Assembly: GCA_040755855.1 (NCBI GenBank)
Contig: JBFMAD010000006.1
Span: forward strand, 64,001-128,000
Source: Planctomycetota bacterium
GTDB lineage: Bacteria; Planctomycetota; Brocadiia; JAADGH01
Direction of reading: 5' to 3'
DNA length: 64,000 nt
Both the position numbers and the translations under genes were made by a program. This document shows, piece after piece, positions 44,259 to 53,385 of this stretch (the stretch's first letter is position 1; every line of letters begins with the position of its first letter). The notes under the pieces were generated by a model, which made no database searches, was not told where the DNA came from, and worked only from the letters and a program-made list of their open reading frames with translations.

Positions 44259-45428
44259 GTGAGCGTTGTTGCCTGGGTTGTGACCGTATACGCCGGAATC
44301 TTCTGCGTGGTCTGGTGTGTGATCTATCTTCGCGCCGCGCACGCACTGCTAAGTCCCCCGTCCTTTGAGGAAAAGACCCCGCCCGAACCCGCCCCATGGC
44401 CCAGGCTTAGCATCGTCATCGCCGCCTGCAACGAGGCGGATACCATCGAAGACGCGATGGCCACGCTGTTGAAACAGGACTACCCGGACCTTGAGATCGT
44501 CCTGGTTGACGACCGATCTACTGACGGGACGGGCGCGATCATTGACCAGATGGCCCAGGCCGACCCGCGGATTCATCCCGTCCACATCAAGGAACTGCCA
44601 GCAGGCTGGCTGGGCAAGGTGCATGCCCTGCATGTGGCAATGCAGTACGCCGCCGGCGAGTGGATTCTCTTCACCGACGCGGATGTTCACTTTTGCGAAG
44701 GAATGCTTCGCAAGGCCGTGGCCGCGGCCGAGGCCGAGGGACTCGACCACCTCGCCCTTCTGCCTCGGGTTCGCGTGGACACCTTCTGGCTCGACGTGGT
44801 CATGCGGGCCTTCGCTATCATGTTCTTCCAGACCACGCGGATGGCAAAGATCGGCAAGCCGGGTTCGGATGCGTTCATAGGGATTGGGGCGTTCAACCTC
44901 GTCCGGCGCTCGGCCTTCGAGAGGACCGAGGGCTTTCCCTGGCTACGCATGGAGGTCGCCGACGACGTTGGCCTGGGGATGATGCTTCAGCGCTCCGGCG
45001 GCAGGCCGGGTTTCGCGTTCGCCCTCGACAGCCTCAGCGTCACGTGGCAGCCGTCGGTCCGCGCCATGTTCCGGTGCATGGAGCGGATTTCCTACCATAG
45101 TTTTCCGAGGCTGATCGGCTCCTGTGTGTTCATATGGGCGATGTTCTTCGCGCCGGTCGCCGCCATCCTAAGCGGCGTCCCGTGGCTCTGGTTCCCGGCG
45201 ATCGCGGCGGGTTCGGCCACGGTTGCGATGGCGCTGGCATGGAGGTCCAGACTTGGACACGTCCGGCCGAGGGTCCTGCCCTCCCTGCTGATCCCGGTCG
45301 GCATGATGATCCTCTCTATCATGGTCCTCCGCGCGGTGATCTTGTGCAAGATTCGCGGGGGGATCGTCTGGCGAGGGACCAAGTACAGCATAGACGAACT
45401 TCGCGCGGGACGGCGCGTGGTGCTCTGA
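44259..45428 (+). CDS. Membrane glycosyltransferase family 2
   Basis: IAACNE, DDRSTD, GWLGKVHA, FTDAD, DD, WRG. Confidence 0.9.
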   Translation: MSVVAWVVTVYAGIFCVVWCVIYLRAAHALLSPPSFEEKTPPEPAPWPRLSIVIAACNEADTIEDAMATLLKQDYPDLEIVLVDDRSTDGTGAIIDQMAQADPRIHPVHIKELPAGWLGKVHALHVAMQYAAGEWILFTDADVHFCEGMLRKAVAAAEAEGLDHLALLPRVRVDTFWLDVVMRAFAIMFFQTTRMAKIGKPGSDAFIGIGAFNLVRRSAFERTEGFPWLRMEVADDVGLGMMLQRSGGRPGFAFALDSLSVTWQPSVRAMFRCMERISYHSFPRLIGSCVFIWAMFFAPVAAILSGVPWLWFPAIAAGSATVAMALAWRSRLGHVRPRVLPSLLIPVGMMILSIMVLRAVILCKIRGGIVWRGTKYSIDELRAGRRVVL

Positions 45429-45566
45429 CAGAGATATCCGTTCGCGGCGAGCCAGCCGCAAACGGAACAACCACGGACAAGAAATTTATTGAATCGAGTC
45501 CGATCATTCTTCTATCATACACCGTAGAGAGGCATTTTGAAGACTAACCACGGAAAGGAGAGGTCC

Positions 45567-46064
45567 ATGGCGGCAATTACTCTGAAGGGAAATCCGATCC
45601 ACACATGCGGCGAGCTTCCCGCCGTGGGAAGCAAGACCCCCGACTTCACATTGGTCGGCGGCGATCTCGCGGACGTGACGCTCGCATCCTTCGGCAAGAA
45701 ACGTAAGGTGCTGAATGTCTTTCCGAGCATTGACACGCCGGTTTGCGCATTGTCCGTCCGGAAGTTCAATGAGGCGGCTGCGAGGCTGAAGAACACCGTC
45801 GTGATCAACATCTCCGCCGATCTGCCCTTCGCGCAGAAACGCTTCTGCGGCGCCGAGGGCATCGAGAACGCGAAGACGCTCTCCTGCTTCCGCAGTTCCT
45901 TCGCGAAGGACTACGGCCTGGAGATCGTGGACGGCCCGATTGCCGGGCTGTGCTCCCGGTGCGTCATCATCCTCGACGGCGCCAACAAGGTGATCTACGC
46001 CGAGCAGGTCGCGGAGATCGCGCAGGAGCCGGACTACGAAAAGGCCCTTGCTGCTCTCAAGTAG
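45567..46064 (+). CDS. tpx: Thiol peroxidase
   Basis: FPSIDTPVC, SADLPFAQKRFC, EPDY. Confidence 0.95.
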   Translation: MAAITLKGNPIHTCGELPAVGSKTPDFTLVGGDLADVTLASFGKKRKVLNVFPSIDTPVCALSVRKFNEAAARLKNTVVINISADLPFAQKRFCGAEGIENAKTLSCFRSSFAKDYGLEIVDGPIAGLCSRCVIILDGANKVIYAEQVAEIAQEPDYEKALAALK

Positions 46065-46077
46065 AAGGGAGGCGCAC

Positions 46078-47970
46078 ATGCCAAGACCTGTGACGCGGAG
46101 GCTCGATCCCGTCCCTTTCACAAATGTGAAGATTGACGACGCCTTCTGGACGCCGCGCATTGACGTCAACCGCAGGGCGACGATCCCCATCGAGTACGAG
46201 CAGTGTAAGAAGACCGGCCGCATTGACGCCTTCAAGCTCGACTGGAAGCCGGGCCAGCCGAACCCGCCGCACATCTTCTGGGACTCGGACGTCGCCAAGT
46301 GGATCGAGGCGGGGGCCTACAGCCTGGCGATTCATCCAGACGCGAAGCTGGAGAGGCTCCTCGACGATGTCATCGGCATGATCGCAAACGCCCAGCAGCC
46401 CGATGGTTACCTGAACGTCCATTTCATCATCGTCGAGCCGGAGAAGCGCTGGACCAACCTGCGCGACTGGCACGAGCTATACTCCGCCGGACATCTCATC
46501 GAGGCCGCCGTGGCTTATTGCGAGGCAACGGGGAAGCGCAAGTTCCTCGACGTGATGCGCCGGTACGCCGACCACATTGACTCTGTCTTCGGTCCCGAGG
46601 AGGGGAAGAAGCGCGGCTACTGCGGCCACGAGGAGATCGAGTTGGCCTTGGTCAAGCTCTACCGCGCCACCGGCGAGGAGCGCTACCTGAAGCTGAGCAA
46701 GTTCTTCATTGACGAGCGGGGCCGGCAGCCGCACTACTACGACATCGAGGCCAAGGCCCGCGGCCAGGACCCCGGCCAGTGGCATCACGGGAAGTACGAC
46801 TACAACCAGAGCCACATCCCGGTGCGCGAGCAGAAGACCGCCGAGGGACATTCGGTGCGGGCCATGTATCTCTACTGCGGCATGGCCGACATCGCGGCGG
46901 AGACCGGGGACAAGGCATTGCTCGACGCCTGCAAGGCGATCTGGCGAAATGTGACGGAGCGGCGGATGTATGTCACCGGAGGGATCGGCTCGACGAAGAC
47001 CGGCGAGCGCTTCACCGTGGACTACGACTTGCCTAACGAGACGGCCTATGCGGAGACGTGCGCCGCCATCGGCCTCGTCTTCTGGGCGCACCGCATGTTG
47101 CAGATCGAAGCCGACGCTCAATACGCCGACGTGATGGAGCGCGCCCTCTACAACGGCGCGATCAGCGGCGTCTCGCTCGACGGCAAGACGTTCTTCTACG
47201 TCAACCCGATGGAGAGTCGCGGCGGTCATCATCGGCAGGAGTGGTTCGGCTGCGCCTGCTGCCCGCCGAACATCGCGCGGCTGATTGCGTCGCTCGGGCA
47301 ATACGTCTATTCGCAGAGCGAAAAGGAGGCCTACGTCCATCTCTTCGTCCAGGGCAGCGCCAAGCTCAACATCGGCGGGCGGCCGGTTACGCTGGTGCAG
47401 AAGACCGGTTATCCGTGGAGCGGCAAGGTCCGCATCGACGTGCATCCGGAGAAGCCGACGGACTTCACCCTCGCTGTGCGCATCCCCGGCTGGTGCCGCG
47501 ACGTGAAGATCGAGGTGTCCGGCGAGGAGATGAAGGCGAAGCCCGTGGCGCAGAGGGGCTACGTCCGCATCCGGCGGAAGTGGCGCAAGGGGGACAGGGT
47601 CGAGCTGACGATGGCCATGCCGGTCGAGCGGATCGAGGCCCACCCGGACGTGCGCTCGAATCTGGGCCGGGTCACCCTCCAACGGGGACCGATCGTGTAT
47701 TGCCTCGAGCAGGCCGACAACGGGCCGAACCTGAACGATATTATCCTCCCGCACACTGCCCGGCTCGCTGCCACGTTCGAGGAAAATCTCCTCGGCGGGG
47801 TGACGGTCATCACAGGCAAGGCCCTGCGGCGGGATCGGTCCGCCTGGAAGAAGATGCTCTACCGATCCGCAAGCAGCAAGAGCAAGACCATCTCGATCAA
47901 GGCCACGCCGTACTGCACATGGGACAATCGCAAGCCCGGCGAGATGCTCGTCTGGATTCGAGAGGAATAA
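46078..47970 (+). CDS. GH127 beta-L-arabinofuranosidase-like hydrolase
   Basis: DSDVAKWIE, HELY, GHEE, GHSVRAMY, ETCA, CACCPPN. Confidence 0.93.
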   Translation: MPRPVTRRLDPVPFTNVKIDDAFWTPRIDVNRRATIPIEYEQCKKTGRIDAFKLDWKPGQPNPPHIFWDSDVAKWIEAGAYSLAIHPDAKLERLLDDVIGMIANAQQPDGYLNVHFIIVEPEKRWTNLRDWHELYSAGHLIEAAVAYCEATGKRKFLDVMRRYADHIDSVFGPEEGKKRGYCGHEEIELALVKLYRATGEERYLKLSKFFIDERGRQPHYYDIEAKARGQDPGQWHHGKYDYNQSHIPVREQKTAEGHSVRAMYLYCGMADIAAETGDKALLDACKAIWRNVTERRMYVTGGIGSTKTGERFTVDYDLPNETAYAETCAAIGLVFWAHRMLQIEADAQYADVMERALYNGAISGVSLDGKTFFYVNPMESRGGHHRQEWFGCACCPPNIARLIASLGQYVYSQSEKEAYVHLFVQGSAKLNIGGRPVTLVQKTGYPWSGKVRIDVHPEKPTDFTLAVRIPGWCRDVKIEVSGEEMKAKPVAQRGYVRIRRKWRKGDRVELTMAMPVERIEAHPDVRSNLGRVTLQRGPIVYCLEQADNGPNLNDIILPHTARLAATFEENLLGGVTVITGKALRRDRSAWKKMLYRSASSKSKTISIKATPYCTWDNRKPGEMLVWIREE

Positions 47971-47976
47971 ACCCAC

Positions 47977-49218
47977 CTACCGGCACAGAGCGACGGCCTC
48001 GCGGTAGATGTCCAACGCCGCGGGGAAAGGCTCCAGGGCGCGCTCGATGATCCCGAGCGAATAGGCGACGACCAACCCGTAGTTCGTGATGGGCACGCCC
48101 TGTTGCTTGCAGCGGAGGATGCGCGTCAGCATCTCGCGCCGATTCAACATGCACCCGCCGCAACTGATGATGAGCTTGTAGGCGGACAGGTCGTCATGGA
48201 AATCATGCCCCTGCACAAAGTCGAACTCCAGCTTGCCGCCGATGAATTGCGTCAGCCAGCGGGGAATCTTCACGCGCCCGATGTCCTCGGCGATGGGATG
48301 GTGGGAGCACGCCTCGGCGATGAGGATGCGGTCGCCGGGCTGCAACTCTTCGATCGTCATCATCCCGCGCACCTGCTCGTTCAGGTCGCCCTTGAACCGC
48401 GAGAAGAGAATGGAGAACGAGGTAAGCGGTATGTCGCGCGGCGTGTCGGCCACGACCTTCAGAAAGGCCTGCGAGTCCGTCACAACGAGCTTGGGCGGGC
48501 GCTTTAGACGGTCGAGGGCGTTGCGCAGCTCTCGTTCCTTGACGACCATGCAATAGGCGTCGTAGTCAATCAGGTCGCGGATGGCCTGGACCTGCGGCAC
48601 GATGAGACGCCCTTTCGGCGCCTCCTTGTCCACGGGCACGACGAGCACCGCCATCTCCCCGGGGCCGACGAGGTCGGCAAGGATGCTGGGATTGTTGATG
48701 AAATCGGCGGGGGCGGAGTCGAGCAACGCCTGGCGGAAGTCGAGGATGCCGACTCCCGTCGGGGCGGCGGTCCGCACGATCCGGATCTTGTCCTTCGTCA
48801 GGAGATCGACGACCTCCGCCTTCGGCTCGGCCAGGTCAATCTTGTTGAAGACAACAACGATGGGGATGCGACATTCCTTCAATCGGGCGAGGATCATATC
48901 TTCGAATTCGCCCCAGTGTCCCGCCTCGGCGACGACGACCCCGAGGTCAGTGCGGTCGAAGACGCGCTTCGTGCGCTCGACGCGCAGCGCGCCCAGCGCG
49001 CCGACGTCGTCAATGCCCGCGGTGTCAATGAAGAGCACCGGGCCGAGGGGGAGAAGCTCCATCGGCTTCTCGACCGGATCGGTGGTGGTCCCTGCGATCT
49101 CCGAGACGATGGAGACCTTCTGCCGCGTGATCGCGTTGAGCAGGCTGGACTTGCCGACGTTGCGGCGTCCGAAGAGCCCGATGTGGAGTCGTAGTCCCTT
49201 GGGGGTTCGCTCCGTCAT
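47977..49218 (-). CDS. hydF: [FeFe]-hydrogenase maturation GTPase HydF
   Basis: GRRNVGKSS, GTTTDPV, DTAG, NKID, APKGRLI, CSHH...CGGC. Confidence 0.96.
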   Translation of the reverse strand: MTERTPKGLRLHIGLFGRRNVGKSSLLNAITRQKVSIVSEIAGTTTDPVEKPMELLPLGPVLFIDTAGIDDVGALGALRVERTKRVFDRTDLGVVVAEAGHWGEFEDMILARLKECRIPIVVVFNKIDLAEPKAEVVDLLTKDKIRIVRTAAPTGVGILDFRQALLDSAPADFINNPSILADLVGPGEMAVLVVPVDKEAPKGRLIVPQVQAIRDLIDYDAYCMVVKERELRNALDRLKRPPKLVVTDSQAFLKVVADTPRDIPLTSFSILFSRFKGDLNEQVRGMMTIEELQPGDRILIAEACSHHPIAEDIGRVKIPRWLTQFIGGKLEFDFVQGHDFHDDLSAYKLIISCGGCMLNRREMLTRILRCKQQGVPITNYGLVVAYSLGIIERALEPFPAALDIYREAVALCR

Positions 49219-50639
49219 TTGCTCCCCCTTTTCCGGATCTCCGGCGAACCCAGCCGGCAGACGGCCTCGGGGCTGACCAGTTCGTCGAATTCCTTCGCTG
49301 TGAGCATCCCTTCGTCAATGGCGACCTGCTTGATGGTCTTGCCGGTTTCCACGGCGAGTTTGACCAGACGACTTGCCCCCTCGTATCCAATGGCCGGGAG
49401 GAGGGCGGTCGCCGTCGCCGTCGAGCCTTCGACATGCCTTCGGCAGCGCGCCTCGTCCGCCTCGATTCCTTCGACGCAATGCCTCCTGAATATCTCGCAC
49501 GCCCGCGCAAGGAGGCTGAAGTTCGTGAGCAGGCAGTCGGCAATAACCGGGAGGAACGGGTTAAGCTCCATGTTGCCCGACGCCGCCGCGAGGGCGATGA
49601 CCTGGTCATTGCCCATGACCACCATCGCCGCCTGCGAGACGGCCTCCGGGATGACCGGGTTCACCTTCCCCGGCATGATGGACGATCCGGCCTGCCGCTG
49701 CGGCAGTCGAATCTCACCCAGTCCGGCATCGGGTCCCGACGACATGAGGCGAAGGTCCGTCGAGACCTTGAGCAGCGAGGCCGCGCACGCCTTGAGGATT
49801 CCCGACACCTCGACGAACACGTCGGCGTTCTGCGTCGCCTCGACTAAGTTTTCGGCCCGGGCGAACCCGATGGTCGTCTGCTCGCGGAGCGTATCAACCA
49901 CGCGGAAGATGAACTGCCGCGGCGCGGCGAGGCCGGTACCGATGGCCGTGCCGCCGAGGTTGACCACCCGGAGGCGCTCTTCGCACTTGTAGATTCGCCA
50001 GCGATCGCGGCTGAACGCCTCGGCGTAGGCGCTCATCTCGCGGCCCAATGTCGTGAGGACAGCGTCCTGCAACTGCGTCCGGCCCACCTTGACGACGTGG
50101 GCGAACTGCTTTTCCTTCGTCTGGAACGCCTCCTGCAAGGCAACCACTCGGCCCTCCAGCTCGTGCAGCAGGCGAATGGCGGCGAGCTTGAGCGCCGTGG
50201 GGTAGGTGTCGTTGGTGGATTGGTGCAGGTTGACGTCGTCGAGGGGGGAGATCACATCGTAGCTGCCGACGGGCCGGCCGAGAATCTGCAGGGCGCGATT
50301 GGCGAGGACCTCATTGATGTTCATGTTTGTGGACGTTCCCGCCCCGCCCTGGAGGGCGTCAACGATCACAAACTCGTCAAGCTTTCCGTCGGCCATCTCT
50401 CGGCAGGCCTGTTCGATGGCGTCCGCCTTCGCTTCGTCATCCCACATTCCCAGGGCGCGGTTCGTCGCGGCGCAGGCCAGCTTCACTTCGCCGTAGGCAT
50501 GGATAAGCGCGGGATGGACGGGACGTCGGGCCAGCGGAAAATTCTCCACGGCCCGCGCGGTGTGAACGCCGTGGAGGCTGTCGGCCGGGATCTGCATCTT
50601 GCCGATGAGGTCGTGCTCTGTGCGATACTCATTGCTCAT
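49215..50639 (-). CDS. aspA: Aspartate ammonia-lyase
   Basis: QGGAGTSTNMN, QSTND, GRTQLQDA, GSSIMPGKVNP. Confidence 0.93.
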   Translation of the reverse strand: MSNEYRTEHDLIGKMQIPADSLHGVHTARAVENFPLARRPVHPALIHAYGEVKLACAATNRALGMWDDEAKADAIEQACREMADGKLDEFVIVDALQGGAGTSTNMNINEVLANRALQILGRPVGSYDVISPLDDVNLHQSTNDTYPTALKLAAIRLLHELEGRVVALQEAFQTKEKQFAHVVKVGRTQLQDAVLTTLGREMSAYAEAFSRDRWRIYKCEERLRVVNLGGTAIGTGLAAPRQFIFRVVDTLREQTTIGFARAENLVEATQNADVFVEVSGILKACAASLLKVSTDLRLMSSGPDAGLGEIRLPQRQAGSSIMPGKVNPVIPEAVSQAAMVVMGNDQVIALAAASGNMELNPFLPVIADCLLTNFSLLARACEIFRRHCVEGIEADEARCRRHVEGSTATATALLPAIGYEGASRLVKLAVETGKTIKQVAIDEGMLTAKEFDELVSPEAVCRLGSPEIRKRGSK

Positions 50640-50649
50640 GGCTGATCCT

Positions 50650-50856
50650 CTAATGCGCCCCCACGGTCTGACCGGGCAGGCCGACGATATCCCATGTTTC
50701 GATTTGGTAGCCGAGCGCCCGCTGAGCGCAAAGGCTGCGAACGCGCTCTTTTAGCGATGAGTCCGGGTGGACTTCGCGGTAGAGTGCGGGCGCTCCGGCT
50801 TTATGTTTCAAGAGATAACAATCCACGGCCCGAAATGTCTCCTGAGGCGCGAGCAT
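50650..50856 (-). pseudogene. Decayed internal fragment of a second hydE
   Basis: AVDCYLLKH...LYREVHP...LKERV..L..LGYQ....IVGLPGQT aligns with the HydE segment ADRYLLRF...LY..IHP...LGYE....MIGIPGQT; no CxxxCxxC. Confidence 0.65.
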
Positions 50857-50917
50857 GTGCCATTCTACCAGAATCAGCGATCGGATCACAACCAGGTATA
50901 GACCTCCCGACGGTTGC

Positions 50918-52318
50918 TCAGATGTACACGTCTCGTTTCCCTGCCCGCACCTCTTCCACCATCTTCGTGGCGATCCTCTTTTGCTTATCGGTCATGCCTT
51001 GGAGGACGGTCGCGACGAGCTGCTCGCCGACCCGCCGCGTTTCCGGCGAGGCGTAATCTATGAGATATTCCATGAATGTAGAGAGCGCATTCGGATCGCA
51101 GTGGAGCTTGATCTGTCCGGGCTTGGCCAGGTCCATGAAGTCCTCGCCCGTCCGTCCGAGCCGATAGCAGGCGGTGCAGAAGGAGGGGATATAGCCAAGG
51201 GATGCGACGTCGCGGATGACCTCGTCCAGGGGGCGATGGTCGCCGAGGGAGAACTGCGCGGCGCTGGGCTTGGCCTCGTCGGTGGAATATCCGCCGGGGT
51301 TGGTGCGGCTGCCGGCGGAGATTTGGGAGACTCCGAGGGCGAAGGTCTCGCGCCGAAGGTTGGGCGTCTCGCGGGTGGACATGATGATGCCGGTGTATGG
51401 GACGGCCAGCCGCAGGATGGCGACGATCTTGCGGAAGTCCACGTCGGAGATCGGGTGCGGGGGGTGGCTTGCAATCTCGGACCCGACGGCGGGCTCCAGG
51501 CGCGGCACACTGATGGTGTGCGGGCCGACGCCGAATTGCTGTTCAAGGTGATGGATGTGCTGCGTCATGGCGAGGATTTCGAACCGCCAGTCGCACAATC
51601 CAAAGAGCACGCCGATCCCGACGTCATCAATCCCCGCCTCCATAGCCCGGTCCATGGCCGTGACTCGCCACTCATAGTCTTTCTTCTTGCCGCCGGTGTG
51701 GACCTTCGCGTAGGTCTCGCGGTGATAGGTTTCCTGGAAGAGCTGGTAGGTGCCGATGCCGGCGGACTTGAGTTGGCGAAATTCCTCGACGGTCAGAGGG
51801 GCTATATTTGCGTTGACGCGTCGAATCTCGCCGTTGCCGCTTTTCGTCTTGTAGATCGTCTCGATGGACTTGAGAACATATGAAAATCCTTCCTTGGGAT
51901 AGGACTCGCCGGCGACGAGGAGGATGCGCTTGTGCCCTTGTTCTTCGAGGATGCGGACCTCGCGGGCAATCTCGTCCTGGGTCAGTGCGCGGCGTTTGAC
52001 CTCCTGGTTGCGCGCCCGGAAGGCGCAGTAGAGGCACTCGTTGGAGCATAGGTTGGAGATGTAGAGAGGAGCGAAGATGACCAGTCGCCGGCCGTAAATT
52101 TTTTCCTTCACCTTTCGGGCCGCGGCGAAGAGATCGCGCAGGAGGTCCGGATCGCTGATTGCCGCGAGCACGGCGATCTCGTCCATGTCCAGGCCCTTAA
52201 GCCCCTGCGCCTTGACCAGTATCTCGCGCACGCGCCCGGCGTCGCGGACCCTGGCGGCGGCCAGGCATTGTTCGATCTCGGCCTCATGGATGGGAATGGC
52301 AGACTGTTTCGTGTTCAT
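50918..52318 (-). CDS. hydG: [FeFe]-hydrogenase maturase HydG
   Basis: FAPLYISNLCSNECLYC, FQETY, GPHTISVPR, C-terminal SFCTACYR...C. Confidence 0.96.
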   Translation of the reverse strand: MNTKQSAIPIHEAEIEQCLAAARVRDAGRVREILVKAQGLKGLDMDEIAVLAAISDPDLLRDLFAAARKVKEKIYGRRLVIFAPLYISNLCSNECLYCAFRARNQEVKRRALTQDEIAREVRILEEQGHKRILLVAGESYPKEGFSYVLKSIETIYKTKSGNGEIRRVNANIAPLTVEEFRQLKSAGIGTYQLFQETYHRETYAKVHTGGKKKDYEWRVTAMDRAMEAGIDDVGIGVLFGLCDWRFEILAMTQHIHHLEQQFGVGPHTISVPRLEPAVGSEIASHPPHPISDVDFRKIVAILRLAVPYTGIIMSTRETPNLRRETFALGVSQISAGSRTNPGGYSTDEAKPSAAQFSLGDHRPLDEVIRDVASLGYIPSFCTACYRLGRTGEDFMDLAKPGQIKLHCDPNALSTFMEYLIDYASPETRRVGEQLVATVLQGMTDKQKRIATKMVEEVRAGKRDVYI

Positions 52319-53385
52319 GGCGAATCCTTTCGTGCTGCTAATCCTACCCCCTTCACAGCATCGCCTCGTCCTGCGCCAACCTGTCTGCCAATGGACAGGA
52401 TACGGCGCGTGAGGCAGGCATGACAGTCCTCGGCGGTCTCGCTGATGCAGACCTTGGACGGGTAAATCTCATAGAGCGCTCGATAGGCCGGCGGGGTCAG
52501 ATTGGGCATCACGACGTTGGCCCCGCGCATAAGCCCCAGCTCCCGGCCTTGCGCCCTGTTGACCGTGGCCAAAGCGGTGGTGCTGGGGATATTGGCCCTT
52601 GGACAAGCGATCCGCGACAGGGCGATCACCTTGTAGGTCATCAGCTCCGTATTGGGCGCATGAGAAGAGGTTCCTGGCGCCTTTTCCCTGCCGAGCGGCG
52701 TCGCGGGGTGGGAAAGGTACGGCCCGACGCCGATCATGTCCAGGTCGAGCGTTTGGAACAGTTCAATATCCGCCGCCAGGTCTTCGTAGGTCTGCCCCGG
52801 TATGCCGATCATCACCCCGCTGCCGGTTTCATAGCCGAGCCGCTGGAGTGTGCGGAGGATGGCAATCCGGTCGGAGCGCTTCCGGGACAGGGGCGGATGG
52901 ATGAGGTCGTACAATTCCCGGTTTGACGTCTCGAAGCGGAGCAGGTAGCGGTCGGCCCCCGCCCGACGCCAGGCGCGCAGGTCTTCATCCGGTCGCTCGC
53001 CAAGGCTCAGCGTGACGGCCAGTTCCGTCGCGGCCTTGATCTGGCGGATGATGCGCGCCATCCACTCGGTCTCGATGCCGTAGTCCTCGCCCGATTGCAG
53101 GACGACGGTCCCATAGCCATACTCCACCGCCCGGCGCACGCAGTCCATGACCTCCGGTTCGGTCATTCGATAGCGCTGGAGCCGCCGATTATCCGCGTTC
53201 AGGCCGCAGTAGGCGCATTGGCGGACGCAGAAGTTCGAGACCTCGATGAGGCCGCGGAGATGGACGGCATCGCCGACGTTCTCGCGGCGGACGGCGTCGG
53301 CGAGGTCCCAGAGTCTCTGCAGGGCATTCTCGTCATCCTCCCGAAGCCATTCGAGGATCTCGCACCGGCTAAGTCGCGCCTCCAC
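52315..53385 (-). CDS. hydE: [FeFe]-hydrogenase maturase HydE
   Basis: RGLIEVSNFCVRQCAYC, VLQSGED, TLSLGE, RYLLRFET, GANVVMPN, YEIYP. Confidence 0.95.
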   Translation of the reverse strand: MEARLSRCEILEWLREDDENALQRLWDLADAVRRENVGDAVHLRGLIEVSNFCVRQCAYCGLNADNRRLQRYRMTEPEVMDCVRRAVEYGYGTVVLQSGEDYGIETEWMARIIRQIKAATELAVTLSLGERPDEDLRAWRRAGADRYLLRFETSNRELYDLIHPPLSRKRSDRIAILRTLQRLGYETGSGVMIGIPGQTYEDLAADIELFQTLDLDMIGVGPYLSHPATPLGREKAPGTSSHAPNTELMTYKVIALSRIACPRANIPSTTALATVNRAQGRELGLMRGANVVMPNLTPPAYRALYEIYPSKVCISETAEDCHACLTRRILSIGRQVGAGRGDAVKGVGLAARKDSP

